This document shows, one piece after another, positions 24,358 through 35,905 of a stretch of 64,000 bases of DNA. The translations under genes were made by a program, and so were the position numbers. The stretch spans positions 9,033,009-9,097,008 of the forward strand of contig MU058781.1 of assembly GCA_013265495.1 (NCBI GenBank), in the 5' to 3' direction. A model generated the notes under the pieces. That model had not been told where the DNA came from, did no database searches, and was given only the letters and a program-made list of their open reading frames with translations. The DNA is from Vicugna vicugna. Its lineage: Eukaryota. Positions within the stretch are counted from its first letter, which is position 1. Every line of letters begins with the position of its first letter.

Positions 24358-25033
24358 GCACATGAAAAAAATGCTCAATATCACTAATTATCAGAGAAAT
24401 GCAAATCAAAACTACAATGAGGTATCACCTCACACCAGTCAGAATGGCCATCATTCAAAAATCCACAAATCATAAATGCTGGAGAGGCTGTGGAGAAAAA
24501 GGAACCCTCCTACACTGCTGGTGGGAATGCAGTTTGTTGCAGCCACTGTGGAAAACAGTATGGAGATTCTTCAAAAGACTAGGAATTGACTTACCATATG
24601 ACCCAGGAATCCCACTCCTGGACATATATCCAGAAGGAACCCTACTTCAGGATGACACCTGCACCCCAATGTTCATAGCAGCACTATTTACAATAGCCAA
24701 GACATGGAAACAGCCTAAATGTCCATCAACAGACGACTGGATAAAGAAGATGTGGTATATTTATACAATGGAATACTACTCAGCCATAAAAACTGACAAC
24801 ATAACGCCATTTGCAGCAACATGGATGCTCCTGGAGAATGTCATTCTAAGTGAAGTAAGCCAGAAGGAGAAAGAAAAATACCATATGAGATCGCTCATAT
24901 GTGTAATCTAAAAAAGAAAAACAAAGCATAAATACAAAACAGAAATAGACTCATAGACAGAATACAAACTTGTGGTTGCCAAGGGGGCGGAGAGTGGGAA
25001 GGGATAGACTGGGATTTCAAAAAAAAAAAAAAA
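24358..25033 (+). mobile_element. Young camelid L1, 5'-truncated, with shortened 3'UTR
   Basis: Perfect 11-bp TSD aagaacttgtg (24347-24357, 25034-25044) at a TT|AAGA endonuclease-type site; pure poly(A) at 25019-25033. Confidence 0.95.
24399..24911 (+). pseudogene. Uninterrupted L1 ORF2 C-terminal fragment (170 aa), not a host gene
   Basis: [17 protein letters not shown]...[18 protein letters not shown] (CCHC zinc knuckle)...[20 protein letters not shown]...MEYYSAIK. Confidence 0.95.
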
Positions 25034-28000
25034 AAGAACTTGTGTGCGTCAAGAGACTACTGAGAAAGCAAAAAGACAGAATGGGAGAAAATATTTACAG
25101 ATCATATCTCTGACCAGAGATTAATATTCAGATTTTATAAAGAACTTCTATAACTCAACAATTAAAAAGCAAACAATCAAACTGAATATTTAAAAGGTTT
25201 GAGGAGACATTTTTCCAAAAAAGTTACATGCTTGGCCAATAAGCACATGAAAAGATATTCAACATCGTTACTTTGCAACTAAAAAGAAAAATCAAATTAA
25301 ATTAAAAAATAACAAATGTTGACAGGGAGGTGGATAGTTGGAAACGTCATATATTATTGGTGGAAATGTAGAATGGTTCAGCCAGTGTGGAAAATAGTTC
25401 GGCAGTTCTTCAAAACTGAAACCTAGAACTACCCCATGACCAACCAATTCCACTACTAATTATACATCTGAAAGAATTGAAGGCAGGGACTCTAAAAGAC
25501 ATCATCATACTGTTGTTCACAGCAGTATTATTCACAGCAGTGAAAAGGGGGAACCAACCCAAATATACATTGATGGATGAATACATGAACAAAAGGTAGT
25601 TTATGTGTACAATGGAATATTACTCACATAAAAAGGAGTGAAACTATGACACATGCATGGATGACCCTTGAAAACATTATGCTTAGTGAAATAAGCCAGA
25701 CACAGAAGGACAAATATTGTATGATACCATTTATATTGAAGTACCTAGAGGAGATAAATTCACAGAGACAGAAAATAGAGTAGAGGCTACCAGGAGCTGA
25801 GGGCAGGAGGAAAGTGGGAGTTATTGTTAATGGGTGCAGAGTTTTTGTTTGGTACGATGAAAGTTTTACATATAGATGATGGTGATGCTAACAAAGCATT
25901 ATAAATGTATTTAGTGCCACTGAATCATACACTTACAAATTGTGAAAATGATCGATTTTATGTTACGCATATTTTACCAAAATAAAAGTCGCATTATAGT
26001 ATAAAAGTGTATGGTGAAGTAGTGTAGCTAGAGTGAAGGATATCCAAGAGGAGCGCCTGGAAATTAGACTAAGAAATAAGCTCAGGTTGAGAAAAGTTTT
26101 GATCTCATTCAAAGGTATTTAGACTTTATCTGATAGTCAGAGAAGAGCCACTGTAGGCATCCAAACAGGCTTCTAAACATTGCAGACTCTGAAGAGCATC
26201 CTGTTCGGAAAGACACGCAGTGCCTGCCTGGAGGATGGCTTCTCCTGTCGATGATCCAGGCCAGTCGTCTCCCCTTGCCTGACCCTATACTGACACTTTT
26301 GGAAACGTACAATGTCGTGATCACTTTTCAGGGACTGTGAAGCCAGGCTTAGGGAGAGTTAAATGTCTGTCCTCGGTTTTGAGTCTTTTACCTCTGTCCG
26401 CTTCCAAGAGAACCATTAGCAAGCATCAGCTTAGCCGGTTGGTGATGGTTCTTATCATTGCTATTACTGACAGCAGTATTGCAGATTTGGGGGTCTATTT
26501 GTTTCATAGTTGTTGCTGTAACATACAGTGGAACTGGATGTGTGGGTCCCATCATTATTTCAATTTAAGAAAGTGCCTTGGTAAGAATCAAGCTCCTGTC
26601 TTTGTAGCTCAGCATGTGTGATCCTTAATCCTCGCTTTGGCACTCCCACACTCAAGGGCTTCTGGGGACCTAGCAACCCTCTGTCCTGCCAGCACCTGCT
26701 ACCTTCTCGGCTTATCTACTGTGATTCAAATGAGTGACTCCAGCTTTCTGGGTTTGATCTTCTGTATCTCAAATTCTATGAAGACAGCTGTTCAGTTAAG
26801 AACTCACAGGCTCTATTCTCAGTAAATGGATCTGAATATACTTAACTAAAAGGCCGCCCGGGAGAACTATCTCGGGCCGGGATCTGAGACAGCAGACACT
26901 CCTGGTGTTTTGTTTCTCTGTTTTTTTGGTTTTTCAGCCACTGCGATTTCGCAGCTTTGCATGGTCTCATTTGAGATACAAAGGAAAGGCTTCTGCTGCC
27001 CTTGAACCCTCACAGTCCACTCTCCTCAATTCCAAACTCCACAGGGAAACTCTAAATTCCTGATTATTGGCCCATGGAGGTGTTAACACTTGTCATATCT
27101 ATAGGACTGGAAAAACTGGGCTATAATTTGGTTTCAACTCCTCCATGTTTTGGGCCTGAGGAAGTAAACTTGATTAGGCCATAATCTCTCACGCAGGAAA
27201 CAACGGTGAATAGTCAACATCACGTCTCATTTCGCTCCCTATCCAAGAGTAAAATCAGAAGCCAAACAGAAAATGAACCAAGGGGTGGGGCTTATAGAGT
27301 CTGGGTCCCATCTAGAGAAAGCAAGGGGCTTCTGAAATCCGCTTTTAAATGTTTTACATGGAGACGCATTCAAGATGGGTTGGATTTTGTGTCATCGAAA
27401 AGAATGACCCACATGCCTCTGAAAGGTCTGCCCTTGACCGCTTCTCACCTTTCCTATTTTTATATCTGTTTTGTCTCTGATTTTCCAATAGTTTTCATTC
27501 TCCTATGTATCTCCTAAGTGTAAGATCTCTAACCCCATCCACACAGGGTAAGATTCTCAAGCCTCCAATTAAGATCCCTTCTCTTTTTCCCTCTTCACAC
27601 AGCATCCTCTAAGATTTTTGAGGTTAGAAAGGTTGAAAGTTCCAAAGCAGTCTTACAAAAAGCACAAGCTAGTTGGATCCCAGTCTAAAAATAAATCTAA
27701 TCTTACCCAACCAGCTTGCCTTGAGCAATCAGAATTATAGAAATTACAGGAAAATTCACTAGCTAAAAATGTTGCATTTCAGGTATTTCAGGTTGTTGAA
27801 GAATATTTTTAATGCCTTAAGACACAAATCAAAAGGAAAGTAGGGGGTAGGAGGGAAGCAAATTAACACCAGCTTTCCCTCATGCTCTGTGGCAAAGTGA
27901 AGCTGTCTATCTGAGGAGCTGCAGCAACGCCAGTTAATATTGAAAGCAAAACTTGTGGCAACCCAACACTGAAGGCACAAGGAGAGACCCCTGGGAAGTC

Positions 28001-28231
28001 ACCACCAGCTGCCTTCTGGTAACCAGTCCTAAACAGCCTCTGGTTCTCTGCAATGTGTCAGGGAGTTTAAACTTTCCTCCAGTAATGTTGGAAATTTGAG
28101 TTGAGATTTGAGTCACACAGGAGGACTGCTCTTTCTCAGCACTTGATGATGTGTGTGTCTCTCCACTTCCCCTAGGACTTGGTCTTGCTTGAAAAGCTGG
28201 GGTGGTGAACCCTGAAGATCATCCACCTAAG

Positions 28232-28342
28232 GGAAGAGCAAGAAGGGCTCTTAGAAACCTTAGAGATGGACCGCCTCACCTTACAGGGTGAAACTGAGGT
28301 GAGGAGGAGTTCAGTGACTTGCCTAAGATCCACTCCTCTAGT
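28232..28342 (-). mobile_element. MIR/MIR3 fragment
   Basis: 'ttacagggtgaaactgagg...agtgacttgcctaagatc'. Confidence 0.65.
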
Positions 28343-29428
28343 CTGGGGCATTTCTGAGCAGGGAGCCCAAGTGGTCATTTTGGTGTTGAGATGCTTTGGG
28401 ACTGGGACTTACGTGTGTCCAGAGCTGTATCATAACTGAGTGTATCTGAACGTATCCCTCATGGCTAAGACGGCCTGTGCAGCCCGATGCCAGCTTGGGC
28501 CAGAGGTGTCCCCTGCAACTGTCTCCATCCCCTGAGTTCTTAGTCCCAGCTCCAGAGAGAAGGCAGTGGGGGACACTGTGCTGAACTGACCCACACTGAC
28601 TTTTGTCTCTCCACTGCAATGGGGTTATCCAAAACTGAGTTCTCAAAAGAAACCTGAGTGAAGTTTTAAAATTCATATTCCTTAGACTCCTGAGTTCATC
28701 CAGTCTTTGCTACAACTGTGTTATATTTGGTAAGATAGTGATCACTCTTCTTGAAGGAATCTCTGGAATCTGGAATCTCTGCCTTCCCCATACCCAGAGC
28801 AGTATGGACTTCCACATTTTCCTACTCAAACTGACCCAAGGGCCGCATTTACTGTCCACCACGTTTGGTACCTTTGGTTGGGCCAGATTGGCTGCAGCAG
28901 CCTCTGATTGTCCAGTGCACGCAGGTCGTAGAGCGCCCGCTAGAGTCACTGACAGCCCTGTGGACCCAGGACAATCCAATGTTTCAGTGCTCAGGGGTTG
29001 GTTTCTCATTCCCTAATTCTGTGACCATGAACATTGCCTTCCATTATAGACAACTTTAAAAGATGAAACACCCTAATTCATCCTCTGTCACAGTGAAAAT
29101 TTCTCAACACTTAGTGGCTGGGGTTAAAATTTGAGGCCTTTGTGACTGGAGCTAGGAGACACCCCCGAGGCTCTGTTCCGTTCTTGGAGCAGCAACAGGA
29201 AGTTGACGCTAAATTCCAGCAATGAAAACGGCAGGAGGACCTGGAGTGGACCAGAAATAAGGAGAAGGGCCCTGGACCACTGCTTTGGAGGAAGCCGAAG
29301 TCCTTGTACTTTGCCATTATTGGTTTTAGAAATCATGCACCAGGGTTGGTTGGATTGCCGTAAGAGTCGAAGCAAATGGAAGCAGTAGCCAAAATACCTA
29401 TAATGCCTGAGGCAGTAATAGCAGAAGT

Positions 29429-29430
<2 letters not shown>

Positions 29431-29466
<36 letters not shown>
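29431..29466. repeat. (ATC)12 microsatellite at the tail of a MIR
   Basis: 12 perfect ATC units. Confidence 0.97.
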
Positions 29467-29467
<1 letters not shown>

Positions 29468-29690
29468 CAGTGACCATTTACACAGAGCCAGGCACTTTCT
29501 CAAGCACTTTACAGGTATTAGCTTATCTCACCCTCACAGCCACCCTGAATAATTATTCTAGGTGAGGAAACTGAGGCACAGAGAGGTGGCTGGTCCAAGG
29601 TCATTAGCTGGTAAGTGGCAGAGCCAGGATGATAACCCAGGCAATCGGGTCCTGGAGTCCTGTTCTTCACCAGTTTGCTTCACTGCTCCC
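29467..29690 (-). mobile_element. MIR SINE
   Basis: 'gccaggcact...aagcactttaca...tgaggaaactgaggcacagagagg...ccaaggtca..agctggtaagtggcagagccaggat'. Confidence 0.9.
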
Positions 29691-29867
29691 AAGCTAGAGT
29701 GTGTGGGGCCTACCGCGTCCATCAGTATGTGTCAGACGAGAGGGTGGGCAGGGCACAAGCAGAGGTACTGAGACCATGAACACAGGAGGTGCTCAGGGTC
29801 GGGTGAGGGCACTGGGAGGAACAAAACCCCTCCTGGACGAAGACTTTCCGAAAGGGAAGGACAACTT

Positions 29868-30075
29868 GGCAGATGTTTGGTGAGTACTTACTATGTGTCA
29901 AGCACTGCACTTGGCACTGGGATAAAAGAAATGAACAGGACAGACACCGCCCCTACCTGTGTGACGCCGAGGGGCAACTGTATTCCAGCTACTCGAGGTA
30001 GAAAGTACAGGGAATCATCCGAGCGCAGGAGGGACATCTAACCTGGGCTGGGGAGGTCCCTGAAGGCTTTCTAAA
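29868..30075 (-). mobile_element. L2 3' end
   Basis: 'tgagtacttactatgtgtcaagcactgc...ggcactgggata...atgaacaggacagac'. Confidence 0.75.
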
Positions 30076-31679
30076 GAATGCCAAGTCCATTGAAAGAGGC
30101 AAGGGCGGGTGTCATGAGATTGTGGGGCAAGCAAGGGGTATAAACCAGACTGCTGAAAGATGAGGGGAAGCAGAGAGGTGGGTAGAGTTTGAGGAGATTG
30201 GGGTAGAGGACTAGTGGAGAGGAGACAGAGCGGGTGATACCTGTCTTTAACAGAAGCTATCCCAGGAGGAAGGACCTTCTAAGGGCAAGTTTCCTTTCAT
30301 CGGAAGAGGGAAATCTTATGCCTAAAATTTGCCCTAAAAAATCATCAAGTGAGGAACAGTAAAGTCCACATCTGAATTTTATCTAATGTCTAAAAAATAA
30401 AGTCATTCCGTAGACTGCATCTATTTTCCTAAGCAATTGTATTTAGTCCCTTCTCTTTTCTTTCCGACCCTCTGTAGGAAAAAAAAAAAAATTTAATTTT
30501 AGAATGACTCAGTTCTTGTCAGAACATCCCCTATCTTCAGAAGGTGGCAGGTAACAAGTTTTCCCTTTGCTGATAATTTTCTCTGTCTCTAAATGTTTTG
30601 TAATCAGATGTGGTAGCTCCAAATTCTCTTTCTTCCAAACATAGCCAGGAAGCAATTTCTCAGACAGTTTAACTTTGATAGCGGGTAATTTTAATCCATT
30701 GCAAACATCAACCTGACATGGACTTGCTATCTTCATTATTTTAATTACTCTTTGGGGCCAATTCCCCCTCCCCTGCCCCCCTGCTCTTTCCAGGAAGGAG
30801 TGGATAGAAATTGGCAGCTTTAATCCTATCATGCCATGGACCAGATAATTTTTTGCTTAATAGTGACATCATTTAGATGCATACCTTAAGTAATGAAATT
30901 TGTTTGTGAAACTCTTTATCTTAACAAGGAAAAGGGAAAAAGTTACCTTTTTTGATGGGCGGTCACTCACCTCTGTCACACTGCTGTCTGTGCTGTTCTG
31001 AACAGCTGACAGTTTCTGTTAATTTACTCTCACTCTCCAGTTCGACTTCCAGTATGGAAAGCTGGAGTGATTTTTGAATAACAGCAAGTAATATGTGGTG
31101 TGGCAGCAACGGGCAGCTCTGACATGGAGCTGGGCTGCGGCCATTACCCAGGATCCCTCGCTTCTCCTTGAGAAGCAATTACAATTTCACAGGCTGGAAT
31201 TAAAATTCCCCGTGTACGCAGTAGAGCAACGGACACTGTCAAAGTGATTTCAGGCTGCTGATCTCTTGCTGGGCTATGAGTGAAAGAACGAGTTCCTCCT
31301 CATGGAAACGGAGGTCCGACAACTTTAAAACTCAGCCCCTTTGATATGTTTTAATTCGCACCGAGGTCAGCGGGCGCTGCCTCCTTCCAGCAAAACTTGT
31401 TACAGCACTAGATTGTGGAAGACGGGTGTTTTCCTAATGATGGAGCAGAAGTAGGGTTTGGGGGAGGAAGAAGTGCTCAGACTAGGAATGAAAATAATGA
31501 AGACGGGCCTGGCTCTTGTACGAACTAAAAGAGGAGACAGAAATATGGATACCTTCTGAGCACTAAGCTGGGAGAGGACACAGGGCGTGTGCCCTTTACG
31601 GTCGTCCTCCGACAGGTCTTCGTGGAGATCCTCTTCTTGAAAATCAGGTGGGGCAGCCCTGAGCATGCAAGGAAGGACA

Positions 31680-31902
31680 AGTAGTGTGTTATAAAGCTCG
31701 GAGCTTTGGGTATCACACCTGCCTTCCGATCCTGGCTTCTCTATGTGATCTTTCATAGCGAAATTTAACCTCAAGACTGAATCTCCTTCTCTGTCAAACA
31801 GGGCTCATAATAGCTACCTTGCAGGGCTGTTTGATGGATCAGATGTGAAAAATGCTCTGTACAGTGGCCTAGCCAGTGGAAATGCCAATTAAACATTAGC
31901 TG
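31680..31902 (+). mobile_element. MIR SINE
   Basis: 'atcctggct...tgtgatctt...tttaacctc...ctgtcaaacaggg..cataatagctacctt...aaacattagct'. Confidence 0.8.
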
Positions 31903-32891
31903 TCCTTAACAAACAGAAAGGCTTTGTTCCATCATGAAGTTTCTCAGACCTCAGGACTTCTGTCACAGCCGAGTACCATCAGCAGAATTGCTTACTTAAT
32001 AGTTCTCTTTCAGTCAATCACTTTGGAGACTTAAATGTGTCTATTTTAAAAGAAAATGTTTATTACAAATGGAAAACCTACGTCACTTGCCATCCATAGA
32101 AGGTTACCATTTAAAAAATGAAAAATAAAAAATGTTAATAAATTCTACTTAGCGTTACTTGAAGAACGCTTTGGACTTGAGGCTTCCAGGATTCAGTTAA
32201 AAAGACAAACTGACTTTACAAAGTCAAGGGCGTACTTGCCCCCAGACTGAGCCTTTTCCCTCAGCCAAGGTCTCAGTCTTCCTTCCTCACCAGCTACTCA
32301 CCCCAGCCTGCATTTAGGGACCTGATCACTTTCCATGAGATTGCTTGTTTCATTTCCTGTAGCCTCGTTCTAATGTTTGAACACAGAGAAAGAAGCATCT
32401 TGCAGAGAAGTGTGTCAGCCCCTCTGAGTTTTTCACTCTACTCCCGAGCCCCCAATGTGAGTTTACAAGTGAAAACACATGGGTGAAACTCATTTTCTTT
32501 CTGATGAGGAAACGTGCAGCACCTCTAAATGAGTGGGCAGTAATCCAGTAAAACCCATTCCATTCCTGAATTTCTTGGTGGTCAGGGGCCTCAACGGGAC
32601 AAAGCCAGCAGATGTTCCTCCCCCACCCTGGGCTCATTCCTCCTGCCTGAGTGCCCAGCTCTGCGATACAGGCCTGAGCGCAGACACTTCTCACTCATTT
32701 TTATGCTGTCCAGTTACACCATATTCAGTACTCCTTCACGTGAGTGTGTCCTTCACCTGTACCATCTCCTTCATCCTTGTCTGATCCTACCGCTCAGGGC
32801 TTCCAGCAGGGCAGGTCTCTGCCCATGGGAATCTCCCAGGAAACTTTAAAAATCCTACAGCCAGGTTACACCACAGACCATTCACATCTCA

Positions 32892-33068
32892 CATTGGTTC
32901 TCAGCCTCAGCTGTACATTGGAGTCCCCTGAGAAGTTTTAAGAACTACAGAAAACTTGGTATCACCTCCAGAGAAAATAATATAATTGGTCTGGGGCAAA
33001 GCTTGGCGTTAGGAGTCCTACAAGCTCCCCAGGTGATTATAATATGTGACAACATTGGGGAACCACTG
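32892..33068. mobile_element. MER5-family MITE (inner copy, opposite orientation)
   Basis: Inverted termini 'cattggttctca' and 'ggggaaccactg'; internal 'aattggtctgggg...agctccccaggtgatt'. Confidence 0.8.
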
Positions 33069-33088
33069 TGCTGTCAGTGAGCCCCAGC

Positions 33089-33503
33089 TATTACCAACCA
33101 GGGTTCTGGATTCCTTAATCAACAGACACTGGTAAGAGGCTGGAGGAGAAACTCAGGCAAGGCTTTACTGGGACTTGTGCTGCAGCACGAGGGAGCGAAA
33201 ACAAGTAACAGGTTCCCATGCTTGCTCCCTGAGTGGGGGCGAGCTGGTCCCTTAAGTGGGGGAAGCTGGCTGGATGGGGGGCTGCCCACCCACCGTGGTG
33301 GTGCTGCGTGCAGGGATCATGCACGTCCCCTGCTTTTGCTCCCGACACCTCAGAAGTTGGGCTTTTGGTCTTTTTGTATCTTGTTGCTCATCATTTGCCC
33401 CAACTGCACCTGTACGTAGTTATTTTTAGTCCCTTGTTTCTCTTCTGTTGCTCATTTGTCCAGGTGCAAGCACTGTGGCAAAGGGCCCCAGGTCGCAGCC
33501 TCA
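33089..33503 (-). mobile_element. Solo ERV LTR (415 bp, probably ERV1 class)
   Basis: Minus strand starts TGAGGCTG and ends GGTAATA (near canonical ...ACA); AGTAAA poly(A)-signal variant at 33164-33169; 4-bp TSD cagc/tagc; interrupts the MER5 cleanly. Confidence 0.8.
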
Positions 33504-34539
33504 TAGCCATCAATAGTTTTTAAATGCTCCCCAGGTGATTCCAATGTGCAGCCGCGACTGAGAAGCGCTCTATTAAGGCAGCTTCCTTCTCAACAGAAAG
33601 CTCACGGGTGCCGCTGGGCTGGGAGCTGCCGTCGGCTGCCTTTCCTGTCCTTAACAACTGGACTTCTGGAGGCCGCGTCACTTGGGCCTGGAGATAGACC
33701 ACAGAGAGGACGCTTTTCAAAATAATCTAATCTCTACAGGCTTGTAAAACACTGCTCACCAACACGTAGATTCGGGAAGGACGTCCCCACCCCTGGGCTC
33801 TTCTACGTCTTCCATCCCTTCTCCGCGCGAGGGCCCTCTCAACGGCTCGGTGAGGTTTGTACCTTTTATATGAGGGTGCTGTGGGTAGAGGGAGGGAGCA
33901 GCCTTCCTGGATTTGATGACTTTTCTTGGGGCTGGCCTGTGAGTTGTTCAGACTCTTGCTGGGGACTTTGTTTTCAGTGAGTCCTTGTCTGTGGTCATAC
34001 TATCTTGCTGATTCCGGAAGGGTGAGAGTGTGCTGTGCTCACAACCGTCGGCTTTGATTTTAAATGGAGATCAGAACAAATATGAGATTTTCCCCCACTC
34101 ATTTGTAATGAATCAAAGTTAATGATTTAACATTGTTTCATGTGTGCCTGAGCTGGGTTCCACCTATGGCAGAATGTATTGTATCGGAGGCCTTATTCCT
34201 GACTTTAAAATGATTTTAAAGCGTTTCCAGAGCTCGACCATTGGCTCAAAAGCTGGCTTTAGGGACAGCTTAAGCTAAAGCCACCTTTGGGAAACAGATG
34301 CTGTTTCATCTACAGCAAAAATGGAAGAGATAAGGCTGGAGGTTCACTGATAATTACTGTGAAAGGAAGTTGTGAACTTGAGAACATAAACCTGAGTCAA
34401 GGTGGAACCAAACATTAGGAGGGAGTTTCCTGGATAATTGCCCCAAAATATCACCCTGACACACACTACATGTACATTGGTCCTCCCTGGAATTCATCCA
34501 GAGGCTTTAGAGATTGAGTAACAACATGAGTTTGTTAAA

Positions 34540-34748
34540 ATGATAATACCATGTGTTAAGCGCCTGTTTCCTACCAGGTGCTGTTCTAGGCCCCTTTCTG
34601 CACGTGGACATATCTAATGCTTTCAACAGCCCATTTTACTTGGTTGTTTTTCTGTAAAAGGGAGGAGTGACTTGGAAGAGCAAAGTGACTCGACTAAGGG
34701 CACTCTGTTGGTAAGCAACAGAGCTGGGATTTGAAACCAGGTCTGCTT
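34540..34748 (-). mobile_element. MIR SINE
   Basis: 'ccaggtgctgttctagg...aagtgact...ggtaagcaacagagctgggatttgaaaccaggtctg'. Confidence 0.75.
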
Positions 34749-35384
34749 TTAAGGGTTTCCTTTAATTGCAGTATTTAAAGAAAGAGGAGGAGGGAAAAGG
34801 AGAAAGGGAAAAAAATCTTAAAGTGTTACAGAAATGCTCAACCATCTGTGCTTAATTTTCCAAAATATTTTTATCTGACGACTCCACCACCACATTTATT
34901 TCTAAATGTGGGACAGTCATTTCATCAGCCATGGTCAAACTGGGGAGTCATGACAAGGCCCTCACTGAGTCTGAACTGAGCGTGTGAATGTGGTTTATGC
35001 CGTCTCTTCACTACAAAGTGAGAGCTAGAGGGACCAGAGCAGACATGCTCAATCGTATAAGCACGGAGTTGATTTTTTAGTTCTGTTTTGAGAAAAAAAG
35101 ACTTTCGTCTGTATCCTTGTGGAGCATCCTGTCTTTGGGGGAATGACCAATGGCAGCTAGGACTTGGAAAAGTGATCAATATGGCCTCAGCATCTCTTTC
35201 CGTGGTTCCTCCTTTCTGACTCTCCTTGAATTCATATTCAGTAGGAACTTACTTAGTGCCTTCTGCGTGTCCAGCAATATCCTGAGCATTGTGCACATCC
35301 TAATCGTAATTTTCAAACTAGAAATTTTTTCTAATTGTTATTTTACAAAAATCTTAAAGCTAAAGATGATTTTAGGGATTTCTG

Positions 35385-35905
35385 TTGGCTGCCAGTTGCT
35401 GACCAGATAATATCTAAATACCTTAACTTGGCATACAGAGTTTTCACTACATGCTGCCAATTGCCTTGCCAACCTCATCCTTTGCCAGCGTCTCCATGGC
35501 AACTCATTCCAACTCCTTGGAGATGTTCATTGTTTTCTTGCCATGCTTGGACCACTGATGACTCTGTGCCTTTACATATACTATGTCTTCTGTTTAGAAT
35601 ACCTTTCCCTCTTCATCTGTACGGTGTATTCCTGTTCTTCCTTCAGAACCTTTTTTTACATCCCCTTTCTTTAAGACCCTCTTGACTTTCAGGCAGAGTA
35701 AGTTGTTCTGTCTTCTGTTTTCATGACTCTGTTCACAAAGTAAGGTAAATATAAACAAAGTCTATGACATTACTTCCTATTGAAATTTCTCTCTCAGTGG
35801 AATTTGAAATCTCCAAGGGCTGGGACTGTGTTTTATTTATCTTTATCTCTCTCATGCCTGCCTGTGGTAGGATTCCAGTGGAGGATTTGCTGAATCAATG
35901 AATAA
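35385..35905 (+). mobile_element. L2 3' end (decayed)
   Basis: 'ccttaacttggcat...tagaataccttt...ctccaagggctgggactgtgttttattt...tttgctgaatcaatgaat'. Confidence 0.7.

Larger units (their letters stand above)
22758..25986 (+). mobile_element. Old 5'-truncated L1 (L1MB-like): decayed ORF2 RT region and 3'UTR, interrupted by a young L1
   Basis: RT motifs G-T-x-QGCPPSP (about 23302-23330) and degenerate FADD ('FANDM', 23430-23444), many frameshifts; resumes after 25044 and ends 'atattttaccaaaataaaa'. Confidence 0.92.
32793..33570. mobile_element. MER5-family hAT-Charlie MITE (outer copy), split by two insertions
   Basis: Left 'gaatctcccaggaaactttaaaaat...cacagacca' and right 'gctccccaggtgattccaatgtgcagcc...tgagaa' join into one MER5A1/B-like unit. 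Confidence 0.7.

Noticed and set aside
29124..29477. Poly-Met ORF
   Set aside because: Translation artefact of the (ATC)12 microsatellite
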